Below, one piece after another: positions 1-7,390 of a stretch of 64,000 bases of DNA (within the stretch, counting starts at the first letter, position 1; every line of letters begins with the position of its first letter). The stretch is from IMG/VR virus record IMGVR_UViG_3300003322_000571, positions 1 to 64,000 of that record; one strand, 5' to 3'. The notes beneath the pieces are model-generated. The model worked only from the letters and a program-made list of their open reading frames with translations, was not told where the DNA came from and did no database searches. Made by a program: the position numbers and the translations under genes.

Positions 1-36
1 AGCAGTGGGTCGGGGGTTCGAATCCCTCCACTCCGA
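1..36 (+). tRNA. 3' half of a tRNA truncated by the window edge (anticodon not visible)
   Basis: T-arm GGGGG-TTCGAAT-CCCTC followed by an acceptor 3' strand. Confidence 0.8.
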
Positions 37-88
37 CAAACTTTCTGGTGATTGAGTGGGTAATCAACTTTTAACCAAGGAGATTACT

Positions 89-307
89 ATGAAAGTGTTT
101 GTATGGAATCGTTTGTCTAACGTGTCTGATAATTACCATTCCGGTGGTGGATTAGTAGTATTCGCGGATAACGAGGAACGTGCATGTCAACTGGCAACAG
201 AACATGGTGTTGTATTCAGTGAAGGTGAAACTGTGGCAGATGACGTTCGCGTCGTCGACGGTGGATTCGAAGCTGTCTACATCATGCCAGACGCTGGCTG
301 TTGTTGA
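89..307 (+). CDS. hypothetical phage protein
   Basis: AAGGAG RBS before ATG at 89; ORF MKVFVWNRLS. Confidence 0.7.
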   Translation: MKVFVWNRLSNVSDNYHSGGGLVVFADNEERACQLATEHGVVFSEGETVADDVRVVDGGFEAVYIMPDAGCC

Positions 308-425
308 TCTAAAGGCGTCTGAAGGTGTGGCCACGCCGGATGACGTATCGTGGGTGTAAGGCGAGGGGCTTTACATTCAAGCACACAGGGCTGTAGGCAT
401 ATGGTCCGGGAAAGTGTGCACCCTT

Positions 426-496
426 CAGGATATAGTGTAGTGGTAACATACAACCTTCGGAGCGTTGTGTTGCTGGTTCGATTCCAGCTATCCTGA
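426..496 (+). tRNA. tRNA-Pro(CGG)
   Basis: CAGGATA/TATCCTG acceptor, loop TT-CGG-AG, GGTTCGATTCC T-arm. Confidence 0.85.
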
Positions 497-498
497 CT

Positions 499-743
499 AA
501 GTTGTTGCGTGGGTAGAGACGTTCATCATTTGTTCGACTCAAATATTTCCCGCAATGTACATTTAAGAGACCATCTTGCATGGTGCTGCGATAATCGCCT
601 AAGTGGCTTGGGATGTTGGTTAGTACTCCCTTGAACGACGATCTTGCAGTTAGGACTAATCTGCACGTGTACATTGCGGGAAATCGGGCCTGGTGGCCCA
701 TGGCGGTGTGAAAACCGTAGTTTCTCCGACTTTAACTCAACTT
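499..743 (+). ncRNA. Y RNA-like (YrlA-type) RNA 1: permuted tRNA-like domain with a large insert
   Basis: Shared terminal motif GTTGTTGCGTGG...GTTCATC / TTTAACTCAAC; T-arm ATTTG-TTCGACT-CAAAT, 17-bp stem ATTTCCCGCAATGTACA/TGTACATTGCGGGAAAT, then D-like arm GGGC-CTGGTG-GCCC. Confidence 0.65.
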
Positions 744-747
744 AAAT

Positions 748-856
748 GCGGGCGCTGGTAGCCTCGCTTGGCGACGGCCATAGTAACCAGAAGAGACTCC
801 GGATCTCTATTGTCTGGCGAATGCGAGTATTGGTTCGATTCCAATAAACCTGCACA
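748..856 (+). ncRNA. tRNA-like RNA with an elongated anticodon arm (CCG loop)
   Basis: GCGGG/CCTGC ends, T-arm ATTGG-TTCGATT-CCAAT, distal hairpin AGAGA-CTCCGGA-TCTCT. Confidence 0.55.
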
Positions 857-931
857 GAATTTAGTAAAGCCCTCTGCGAAAGCATTGACACTAAGTTCTG
901 CTACAAGGTTACTTGTAGCAACCAACTGATT

Positions 932-1081
932 ACTGTTGCGAAGTGCAGAATTCCTTCAGAAACTGTCGAGTGTAAACTCTTGGAGGTTCGAATCCTCCCC
1001 AATGGCCATATCGAAAGTGCTGGCAGGTGGCGAAACTGGTAGACGCGAAAGTCCAAAAAGTCTGTACAACTTAATCTCAGT
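932..1081 (+). ncRNA. Y RNA-like RNA 2: circularly permuted tRNA-Leu(CAG)-like domain
   Basis: CTGTTGCGAAG-TGCAGA-ATTCCTTC ... TCTGTAC-AAC-TTAATCTCAG; inside, the variable arm and T-arm come before the D-arm (GGCGAAACTGGTAGACGC). Confidence 0.75.
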
Positions 1082-1089
1082 GTCAAATT

Positions 1090-1174
1090 GGATGACTTAC
1101 TTCCTAGGTGGAAGCACAGCCTCGAAAGCTGATGATCTCGGAAACGGGATGGGGGTCGGTACCTCAGTCATCCG
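1090..1174 (+). tRNA. tRNA-Ser(CGA), non-canonical (probable 8/4 fold)
   Basis: GGATGACT/AGTCATCC acceptor, CAGC-CTCGAAA-GCTG, long variable arm, G73. Confidence 0.75.
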
Positions 1175-1177
1175 CAA

Positions 1178-1320
1178 ATGTGTTGTTGCGTAGTGTAGGA
1201 TTTCTTCATATCCCACGCCGTGTACGTAGGTTCGATTCCTACCTGCCGAGATTCTTGGCAGTCGTCTAGTGGTAGGACAATGGCTTCAAAAAGTGCCTGT
1301 ACGAATTTGACTCAACATAT
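1178..1320 (+). ncRNA. Y RNA-like RNA 3: circularly permuted tRNA domain
   Basis: TGTTGTTGCGTAG-TGTAGG-ATTTCTTC ... CCTGTAC-GAA-TTTGACTCAACA; T-arm GTAGG-TTCGATT-CCTAC, acceptor closed by a loop, then D-arm GTCTAGTGGTAGGAC. Confidence 0.8.
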
Positions 1321-1323
1321 CTT

Positions 1324-1413
1324 GGAACGTAGCGTGCTGAGGATGCACAACGAGCTTTGAACACTCGGGCTGTCGGTGAAGAGCCGGCAATGGTTCGACT
1401 CCATTACGTTCCT
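1324..1413 (+). tRNA. tRNA-Ser(TGA), divergent
   Basis: GGAACGT/ACGTTCC, loop TT-TGA-AC, long variable arm, T-arm. Confidence 0.75.
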
Positions 1414-1427
1414 CTTATAGGTGACAT

Positions 1428-1580
1428 ATGAAATTGATTGAATTGATTGTTACATTGCTTGGTGGACTAATCTCCACAGCACTTTGGATTATCCTTTGGT
1501 TTAACCCGTTGTGGTTCAGAGAGGATTTGCTTAATAAGTACTATCGATCGAACTTTTCATATTTCAACCCGTTCCGATAA
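1428..1580 (+). CDS. small membrane protein (50 aa)
   Basis: AGGTGA RBS; hydrophobic N-terminus MKLIELIVTLLGGLISTALWIILW. Confidence 0.55.
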   Translation: MKLIELIVTLLGGLISTALWIILWFNPLWFREDLLNKYYRSNFSYFNPFR

Positions 1581-1585
1581 TTTTT

Positions 1586-1716
1586 GGTAGATTGGTGTAA
1601 CGGTAGCACGCGTAAACTACCACTAATCGATCTTGTCTCGTCTAGCGACGTTGCGTAGAAAAGTGTTACTTCGCTTTCATTCGCGCGCGGTGGGGGTTCG
1701 AATCCCTCGTCTACCT
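1586..1716 (+). ncRNA. Y RNA-like RNA 4: normally ordered tRNA body with the shared stem in place of the anticodon loop
   Basis: GGTAGAT/GTCTACC acceptor with D- and T-arms; insert TTGTCTCGTC-TAGC-GACGTTGCGTAG...TTACTTC. Confidence 0.7.
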
Positions 1717-1722
1717 CAAATT

Positions 1723-1748
1723 AAAGTCGCTTCGGCGACTTTTCCTTT
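1723..1748 (+). terminator. intrinsic terminator
   Basis: AAAGTCGC-TTCG-GCGACTTTT. Confidence 0.7.
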
Positions 1749-1845
1749 TCCGGGCATGGTGCCCAAACTACAGGAAGACAGATATGGCTGTCGATTGGGA
1801 GTTCGAATCCCCCAATTCCTGCAAACTCAAAACTTACCAATAAAA

Positions 1846-2085
1846 ATGAGTTACAATCTGAAAGAAATGGTCCAAGGTGACCGAAAAGTCCACTTCAACT
1901 TCTACCGTAAGGGCGAACTTTGGTATAAGACAGAGTGTGGATTTGAGTTTCCCGTTCCAGTTGCTGATACAGGTGATGGAACGTTCTTGGCATCCGATCG
2001 AGCGATGCTTTTCATGCGGTACATCCGCAAACAGATTGACTCTATCAAGGAAGGAATGAGCGATGTCTCTTCTGCAACGAATTAA
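1846..2085 (+). CDS. conserved-type hypothetical phage protein
   Basis: ORF MSYNLKEMVQGD...LWYKTECGFEFPVP. Confidence 0.7.
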   Translation: MSYNLKEMVQGDRKVHFNFYRKGELWYKTECGFEFPVPVADTGDGTFLASDRAMLFMRYIRKQIDSIKEGMSDVSSATN

Positions 2086-2506
2086 AGATGACCAACTTGC
2101 TGCTCGTAAAGCACGCGACACGCTGAAAGCGACGTTGCTGACGACGTTGATCGGTGAAGCCACTACTGTCAAGCCTGACGGATCCCGTGGTGGCTCGGAT
2201 GCAGAAGTAACTGCACTGATTAAGAAGTTCATCAAAAACACGAATGAAGTACTGAAGGCGCTAGGTTCGATTGAAGGTGGTGCTGCAATGCAACCGCTTG
2301 CTGAACTGGCAATTCTGGAAACGTACCTTCCGAAGCAACTGTCAGAAGCTGAATTGACCGCAGCAGTTGCCGAAATCGTTGGCCATTTCCGCGAAAAGAC
2401 GAATCCTGTCACGATGGGAATGGTGATGGGTGCACTGAAGGCTGGGTTCGAAGGCCAGTATGACGGTAAGATGGCGAGTGCAGTTGTAAAGGCAGCTGTG
2501 GCGTGA
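2063..2506 (+). CDS. GatB/YqeY domain protein
   Basis: MSLLQRIKDDQLAARKARD; ELAILETYLPKQLSEAEL; MGMVMGALK; DGK motifs. Confidence 0.9.
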   Translation: MSLLQRIKDDQLAARKARDTLKATLLTTLIGEATTVKPDGSRGGSDAEVTALIKKFIKNTNEVLKALGSIEGGAAMQPLAELAILETYLPKQLSEAELTAAVAEIVGHFREKTNPVTMGMVMGALKAGFEGQYDGKMASAVVKAAVA

Positions 2507-2538
2507 CATTTCACGAGACCTAAAGTTGGACAGACCTT

Positions 2539-2916
2539 ATGATTGTTGAACAAATCTTCCTGTTCCTGACGCTGATTACGATTAAGCACTTCATTGCTGA
2601 CTTCCTCTATCAGCCACCGTATCAGTGGATGAACAAAGGTACGTACGGTCACTGGGGTGGAATTGTCCACTCAGGACAACACGCTGTACTGACTGCGATC
2701 ATTCTTGCATTCTTCGTAGATAGTCCTGTTGACATTGGCTTGATTGCACTTCTTGAGTTTGTCATCCACTATCATACTGACTGGGCGAAGATGAACCTGA
2801 ACAAGAAGATGGGATGGGGTGCTACGACGCACAACGAGTTTTGGATCTTGCTTGGTGTTGACCAATTGATTCATTCGTTGACTTATCTTCTGATCGGGTA
2901 TATCGTATTCATGTAA
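2539..2916 (+). CDS. DUF3307-type membrane protein
   Basis: HFIADFLYQ, HYHTD, GVDQLIH motifs. Confidence 0.8.
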   Translation: MIVEQIFLFLTLITIKHFIADFLYQPPYQWMNKGTYGHWGGIVHSGQHAVLTAIILAFFVDSPVDIGLIALLEFVIHYHTDWAKMNLNKKMGWGATTHNEFWILLGVDQLIHSLTYLLIGYIVFM

Positions 2917-2923
2917 ATACAAA

Positions 2924-2997
2924 TGCGGGGTGGTGTAGCCCGGTAGCACACCAGGCTCATAACCTGGAGGTCAGACGTTCAAATCGTCTCCCCGCAT
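2924..2997 (+). tRNA. tRNA-Met(CAT), initiator-like T-loop
   Basis: CCAGG-CTCATAA-CCTGG; TTCAAAT loop. Confidence 0.9.
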
Positions 2998-3286
2998 CAA
3001 AGTGAGCTTTGAAGGTTAGTAACCGAGACACCCTTCTTTATGACACTTAAACTGCTGACAAAGTCGATAAATTCCTTCTCAGGATGTGCAGTTGTCAAGG
3101 TTCACCCCCAAACAGTCTCAGTCCTGCTAATGACTGAGTGGTGGAGGCCGTAACTGTGAAATCAGTTTGCGCCCTACGGTTGCAGAGGACGTCTTTCTCT
3201 GAAAGTCACTGGAAAGAGCTTGCTCGCCGGTTAAAGTGACATACGTCGTGATAACCTATTCGACGAACAATTTAAAGGGGTTTGAT

Positions 3287-3535
3287 ATGTGGAATTTGTA
3301 CTTGTGGATCTGTGGACTGATCGCGTTGTGGGCTTTTGGCTCAGGGATCGTTCAAGACGTCCGTCAAGTATTCCATACGCCAGACCTTGATTTCGATGAG
3401 GACGACGAGACGTACTACAATACGACCGATCCGTTCTTCTGGATGTTTGGTTTTCTGGTCAGTTTCCCCGTCGTAAACTTGATCATCTTGGGATTGATTA
3501 TTTTGTCGGTCGTGTTCAGAAAAGAGACGGTGTAA
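3287..3535 (+). CDS. hypothetical membrane protein
   Basis: Two hydrophobic segments; RBS. Confidence 0.6.
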   Translation: MWNLYLWICGLIALWAFGSGIVQDVRQVFHTPDLDFDEDDETYYNTTDPFFWMFGFLVSFPVVNLIILGLIILSVVFRKETV

Positions 3536-3719
3536 TACAAATGAAAAATCTAGCAGAAATACAACAGATGTTTGAACAACTGGTGCCGTCAGCGCCGTTT
3601 AAACTAGACCTGTCGAAGACAGACGATAAGTATACAGATCCTCAGACACAACGTTGCTTTCAGCAATTTGCTGAAGGTTACTTTGATGGATACGTTGAAG
3701 CTGATCTGGTGTAATGTAA

Positions 3720-3790
3720 GCGGGCATGGTATAGTGGTTGTGCCTCAGCCTTCCAAGCTGATGAGACCGGTTCGATCCCGGTTGCCCGCT
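3720..3790 (+). tRNA. tRNA-Gly(TCC)
   Basis: GCGGGCA/TGCCCGC, TCAGC-CTTCCAA-GCTGA. Confidence 0.95.
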
Positions 3791-3814
3791 CAAATATAAC
3801 ATAAGGTTGCATAT

Positions 3815-4081
3815 ATGATCGGTGACAATTTTGTCCAGCACAAAGATGGTGGTTTGTATTCGATTCTCGCTGTAGGGAAAAGTACTGTTGATCAATCGGA
3901 ACACATCATTTACGTTCACTTGTATCCATTTGAACGTCAAGTGTGGATTCGTCCGATCGAAGAATTCACCGAAGAACGTTTTACGGTTCTAACGCAGGAG
4001 CAAGGCGTTGCGGTGTTGAACCGCGACCGAGAACAGTTCCAAGCAGAAATTACTGCGAACAAGAAAGCTCGTAAGGGCTAA
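3815..4081 (+). CDS. DUF1653-like protein
   Basis: HKDGGLY...IIYVHL...VWIRPIEEF. Confidence 0.65.
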   Translation: MIGDNFVQHKDGGLYSILAVGKSTVDQSEHIIYVHLYPFERQVWIRPIEEFTEERFTVLTQEQGVAVLNRDREQFQAEITANKKARKG

Positions 4082-4093
4082 ATAGGTTTAATT

Positions 4094-4176
4094 GCGGGTA
4101 TAGCTCAGTTGGTAGAGCACCGGTCTTCCAAACCGGAGGCGAATAGTTAACGCAGGTTCGAATCCTGTTGCCCGCT
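4094..4176 (+). tRNA. tRNA-Gly(TCC) with an enlarged variable loop
   Basis: CCGGT-CTTCCAA-ACCGG; variable region of about 15 nt. Confidence 0.85.
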
Positions 4177-4191
4177 CAAATGGAGAAATCC

Positions 4192-4620
4192 ATGATGGAA
4201 TTTGCGCATAACGGTACTGGCATTGTTCGGTACGATCCTCATCGCGGCACGATGAAGTCTAACACGAAGAATTGGTGCGTAATTGACGTTGATCGCGAGA
4301 TCACTCGGTACAACCGGTTCTGGCTTCAACGTGAGAAGCACATCATTCTGCAGCAGCCTGCTTGGGACGCTCACATCTCGGTTGTTCGAGGTGAAAGGCT
4401 TAGCCCCAAAGCACAAAAGCTGTGGAAGAAGTACGAAGGGAAGCGTGTTCCTATTCGGTATGAGCATGGTGATATCCAAATGTCCAAGGACCAAGATCAG
4501 CCTGGTTGGTTCTATTGGATTCGTGTTGACTGCCCGTTCGTGGACGAAATTCGTCAAGAGTTGGGGTTGATCACGAGTTGGAAGTATCATCATATTACGA
4601 TCGGTAGAACTTACTACTGA
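4192..4620 (+). CDS. putative 2H phosphoesterase
   Basis: Two Hx(S/T) motifs: AHISVV and HHITIG. Confidence 0.5.
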   Translation: MMEFAHNGTGIVRYDPHRGTMKSNTKNWCVIDVDREITRYNRFWLQREKHIILQQPAWDAHISVVRGERLSPKAQKLWKKYEGKRVPIRYEHGDIQMSKDQDQPGWFYWIRVDCPFVDEIRQELGLITSWKYHHITIGRTYY

Positions 4621-4631
4621 AGGAGTGGTTC

Positions 4632-4835
4632 ATGAAAGTGGTCACAGATCCTAAAACAGGGAAGCTGCATACTGTTGATAGTCCGTCCGAAGAAAGTATC
4701 AGGCGGAAATTGGCAGAACAGCGTCGTGAACTGCGGGAAATGCTCGCAGGTAACGTTCCTTTTCATGAAGATCAGTGGTCAAAGAAAGAACCACCTGAGT
4801 CTCCTCCCGAAGATCGTTGGGAAGATGACGAATAA
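4632..4835 (+). CDS. hypothetical protein
   Basis: AGGAG RBS; ORF. Confidence 0.6.
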   Translation: MKVVTDPKTGKLHTVDSPSEESIRRKLAEQRRELREMLAGNVPFHEDQWSKKEPPESPPEDRWEDDE

Positions 4836-4836
4836 A

Positions 4837-4938
4837 AGGTCCATGGTGTAACGGCAGCATTCCGGTCTCCTAAGTGCTTGCTCTAATGAGCATTTAGGAA
4901 AACCGTCGGTCGCGGTTCGAATCCGTGTGGACCTGCCA
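4837..4938 (+). tRNA. tRNA-Trp(CCA) with a 28-nt hairpin insertion in the anticodon (4871-4898)
   Basis: AGGTCCA/TGGACCT-G-CCA; removing the insert restores CGGT-CT-CCA-AA-ACCG. Confidence 0.8.
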
Positions 4939-4963
4939 TAACTATAACTATAACAAGGCTCTA

Positions 4964-5206
4964 ATGACAGCTACTGCCAAGAAGATTGTGTTCGCTCCAG
5001 GCGTCCTCGAACAACTCGAATCTGATTTCCAAGGTGAGGAACTCCAACAAGTCCTCGATGAAATTGCACAACTTGCAAATGACCCAACGCAGGGTAAAGC
5101 TGTTAACATGACACAGCTAATGCAAGAAGATCCAGCTTTGTATGCACAGCTGATTACGCAGCTGGAAAGCATTGAAGATAACACTGTAGCACCAACTATT
5201 CAATAA
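4964..5206 (+). CDS. hypothetical protein
   Basis: ORF in operon context. Confidence 0.6.
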   Translation: MTATAKKIVFAPGVLEQLESDFQGEELQQVLDEIAQLANDPTQGKAVNMTQLMQEDPALYAQLITQLESIEDNTVAPTIQ

Positions 5207-5214
5207 GGTGGTAT

Positions 5215-5469
5215 ATGGAAGGCCGTGAACTCGTCAAACTAGCTGCAGACTTTTCTGCAGGTACCGTGACTGCTGCTTATATCAAGCAAACGTTCGGTGA
5301 AGGTGTGTTCTCAACTGTCGCAGCACTAGCAGCTGGTGGAGTTGCCGGCCTTGTTACTGATGCTTTGGTTGAAACTGTGGACCAACACACGGGTGTTGTT
5401 TCTGCAGCGGGTAAAGTAGTAGACTCCGGGATCGGAGCTGTAACTTCTCTGTGGAATGATTGGTTCTGA
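5215..5469 (+). CDS. hypothetical Ala/Gly-rich protein
   Basis: AGGTGG RBS; ORF. Confidence 0.65.
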   Translation: MEGRELVKLAADFSAGTVTAAYIKQTFGEGVFSTVAALAAGGVAGLVTDALVETVDQHTGVVSAAGKVVDSGIGAVTSLWNDWF

Positions 5470-5470
5470 T

Positions 5471-5638
5471 ATGTGGTACGAACAAGAAGATGCAATCTTT
5501 CCACCACGTGTGGCAATTCTACTAGAAGGTAGTATTGTCCAAGTTGGCAATCGTTGTTACGTTAAAAACGATCGTTGGTCAAACGCCCGTGCGGTAACAA
5601 ATTCGCTTGAACAAGCGTTTTTGATTGCTGGATTTTAA
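5471..5638 (+). CDS. hypothetical protein
   Basis: Abuts the upstream gene. Confidence 0.5.
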   Translation: MWYEQEDAIFPPRVAILLEGSIVQVGNRCYVKNDRWSNARAVTNSLEQAFLIAGF

Positions 5639-5658
5639 TTAGACTAAATAGAAAGTAT

Positions 5659-5733
5659 GCCTCGTTAGCTCAGCGGTAGAGCGGCGTCTTTACACGGCGC
5701 GGGTCGGCGGTTCGAACCCGTCACGAGGTACCA
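5659..5733 (+). tRNA. tRNA-Val(TAC)
   Basis: Canonical cloverleaf; encoded CCA. Confidence 0.95.
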
Positions 5734-5740
5734 TATTCAC

Positions 5741-6268
5741 ATGCAACATAACATTGACACGATTGCGTACGACGCAATCAAGAAGATTGGCGAAGAGGAC
5801 CTTCGCATCATTTCTGGTCAAGACCAAACCAGTAATCGTGTCTGGTTTGACATTGCTGTGACGCGCTGGATCCGCAACGAATACGGTCTGTGGCATGATA
5901 GTCCTCTGACTGCTGTTTGGCGCGATAATCCAGACACCCGACGCATTATCGATGGTGTGGATCATAGTTACTGGCATCCAGACGCAGTATCCAACCGCAT
6001 CTACAAGTTCATGCAACAATACTTGAGCTACTACCCTGGACGTAAAGTTCATGTGTATACGTACGGAGTATTTGGACGTCAAGTTGAAGGCGAATACGAA
6101 GTCGTCAAGCGTACAAAGAGTGGTTTGATTGAAGTTTGTCACCCCGTGTACAAGAAAGTACGGCAAACAGTTCACCCTGATCGTATTGCTTTTGTTGATC
6201 AGCCTGTTGAACAACAATACAATAGCAACATTGAAATCATTACTCATGTATGGAAGTATCCTGAGTAA
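5741..6268 (+). CDS. hypothetical protein (N-terminus DUF6794-like)
   Basis: WIRNEYGLW...HPDAVS motif. Confidence 0.65.
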   Translation: MQHNIDTIAYDAIKKIGEEDLRIISGQDQTSNRVWFDIAVTRWIRNEYGLWHDSPLTAVWRDNPDTRRIIDGVDHSYWHPDAVSNRIYKFMQQYLSYYPGRKVHVYTYGVFGRQVEGEYEVVKRTKSGLIEVCHPVYKKVRQTVHPDRIAFVDQPVEQQYNSNIEIITHVWKYPE

Positions 6269-6276
6269 GTGAGTTT

Positions 6277-6366
6277 GGAAGCGTGGTAGAGCGGTTTATT
6301 GCAGAAGTCTTGAAAACTTCCGGTCCTTAACCGGGCCCGTGGGTTCGAATCCCACCGCTTCCTCCA
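6277..6366 (+). tRNA. tRNA-Ser(TGA)
   Basis: GAAGT-CTTGAAA-ACTTC, long variable arm, CCA. Confidence 0.95.
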
Positions 6367-6383
6367 AATACAAACGAGAATAT

Positions 6384-6590
6384 ATGTCAAAGTACGGACA
6401 ACTAGCGAAACAGCTGTGTGGTGGTGTTCGACTAGAGAATCAAATTCTGCAAAGTGCAGCTGGATACTACATCGGAACTTACGATGCAGAAGGTCCTGTT
6501 AGTCGCGAATCTCTAGAATACTGGCCAACACGTAAACTTGCTGAAGAAGCATATGTGACAGGTAACTGGACACAACGAGATCACCCATAA
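6384..6590 (+). CDS. conserved-type hypothetical protein
   Basis: LQSAAGYYIGT...GPVSRESLEYW. Confidence 0.7.
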   Translation: MSKYGQLAKQLCGGVRLENQILQSAAGYYIGTYDAEGPVSRESLEYWPTRKLAEEAYVTGNWTQRDHP

Positions 6591-6601
6591 CTACAACGAA
6601 T

Positions 6602-6805
6602 ATGCCAATCTACGGATACACATGCCAGGAGTGCAATCACTCCGAAGACTATCTTGTCAAATCTTCTGAATCTGCCGTTCCAGCCTGCAAAAGCTGCGGA
6701 AGTGTCAACCAAGAAAAGCAATTGAACACTGGAACAGCGTTCTTGCTGATGGGATACGGATGGTCGAAGAACGGAATGAATTCGAGGAAAGTTGGTAACA
6801 ACTAA
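6602..6805 (+). CDS. FmdB-family zinc-ribbon protein
   Basis: MPIYGYTCQEC...CKSCGS...GYGW. Confidence 0.85.
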   Translation: MPIYGYTCQECNHSEDYLVKSSESAVPACKSCGSVNQEKQLNTGTAFLLMGYGWSKNGMNSRKVGNN

Positions 6806-6811
6806 CACCCT

Positions 6812-6896
6812 GCCCGGGTGGCGGAATTGGTAGTCGCAGCAGGTTTAGGTCCTGCCGCTCATTGCGAGCGTAGGGGTTCGAGTCCCCTCCCGGGTA
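6812..6896 (+). tRNA. tRNA-Leu(TAG)
   Basis: GCAGG-TTTAGGT-CCTGC; long variable arm. Confidence 0.95.
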
Positions 6897-7014
6897 CATA
6901 TGATTCAATTTGAAAGTCCACTTCCATATCCAGTAATTTGGACACCGGAAGATGAAGCGCGACTCGACGCAGCGATCGCCATGATCCGTGAAAAGCGTCA
7001 ACAGAAAGCCCAAC

Positions 7015-7341
7015 ATGACAAAGCCAACGTACTACAGCACAGAGAGGTGCCTCGACAACCTGTCGACGGGCAATCCTGAAACTGTCAAGAACTATGTGAT
7101 CTACGTTCTGTGGGAATGTTCTACGGAGTTCATGGTCAATAACGGAATGCCGACGGATCCTGAAGTCGAAAAGTGGATCGAAGTGCTTGAAAGTCGTGAA
7201 GACAAAAACAATCAGTATATTCAGTCTGCAATTGGTGCTTGCCGCGAGTACATCAAACCTACTCCAACGCCAATGCCACCGTACTCTGGTGAACCGACAA
7301 TTGTCAGTGTTAAGCAAGTCAAGTTGAAACTGAAGAAGTGA
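7015..7341 (+). CDS. hypothetical protein
   Basis: ORF. Confidence 0.55.
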   Translation: MTKPTYYSTERCLDNLSTGNPETVKNYVIYVLWECSTEFMVNNGMPTDPEVEKWIEVLESREDKNNQYIQSAIGACREYIKPTPTPMPPYSGEPTIVSVKQVKLKLKK

Positions 7342-7390
7342 GTGTTATTCCCTGCAGTTGCACATAAATATGCGATTACAGGAGAATCTC

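Noticed and set aside
1090-1174. tRNA-Sec
   Set aside because: The long acceptor and D stems look Sec-like, but the anticodon is CGA, not TCA.
309-1193. ORFs 309-701, 737-925, 901-1086 and 936-1193
   Set aside because: They overlap tRNA and Y-like RNA structures, lack an RBS and are not protein-like.
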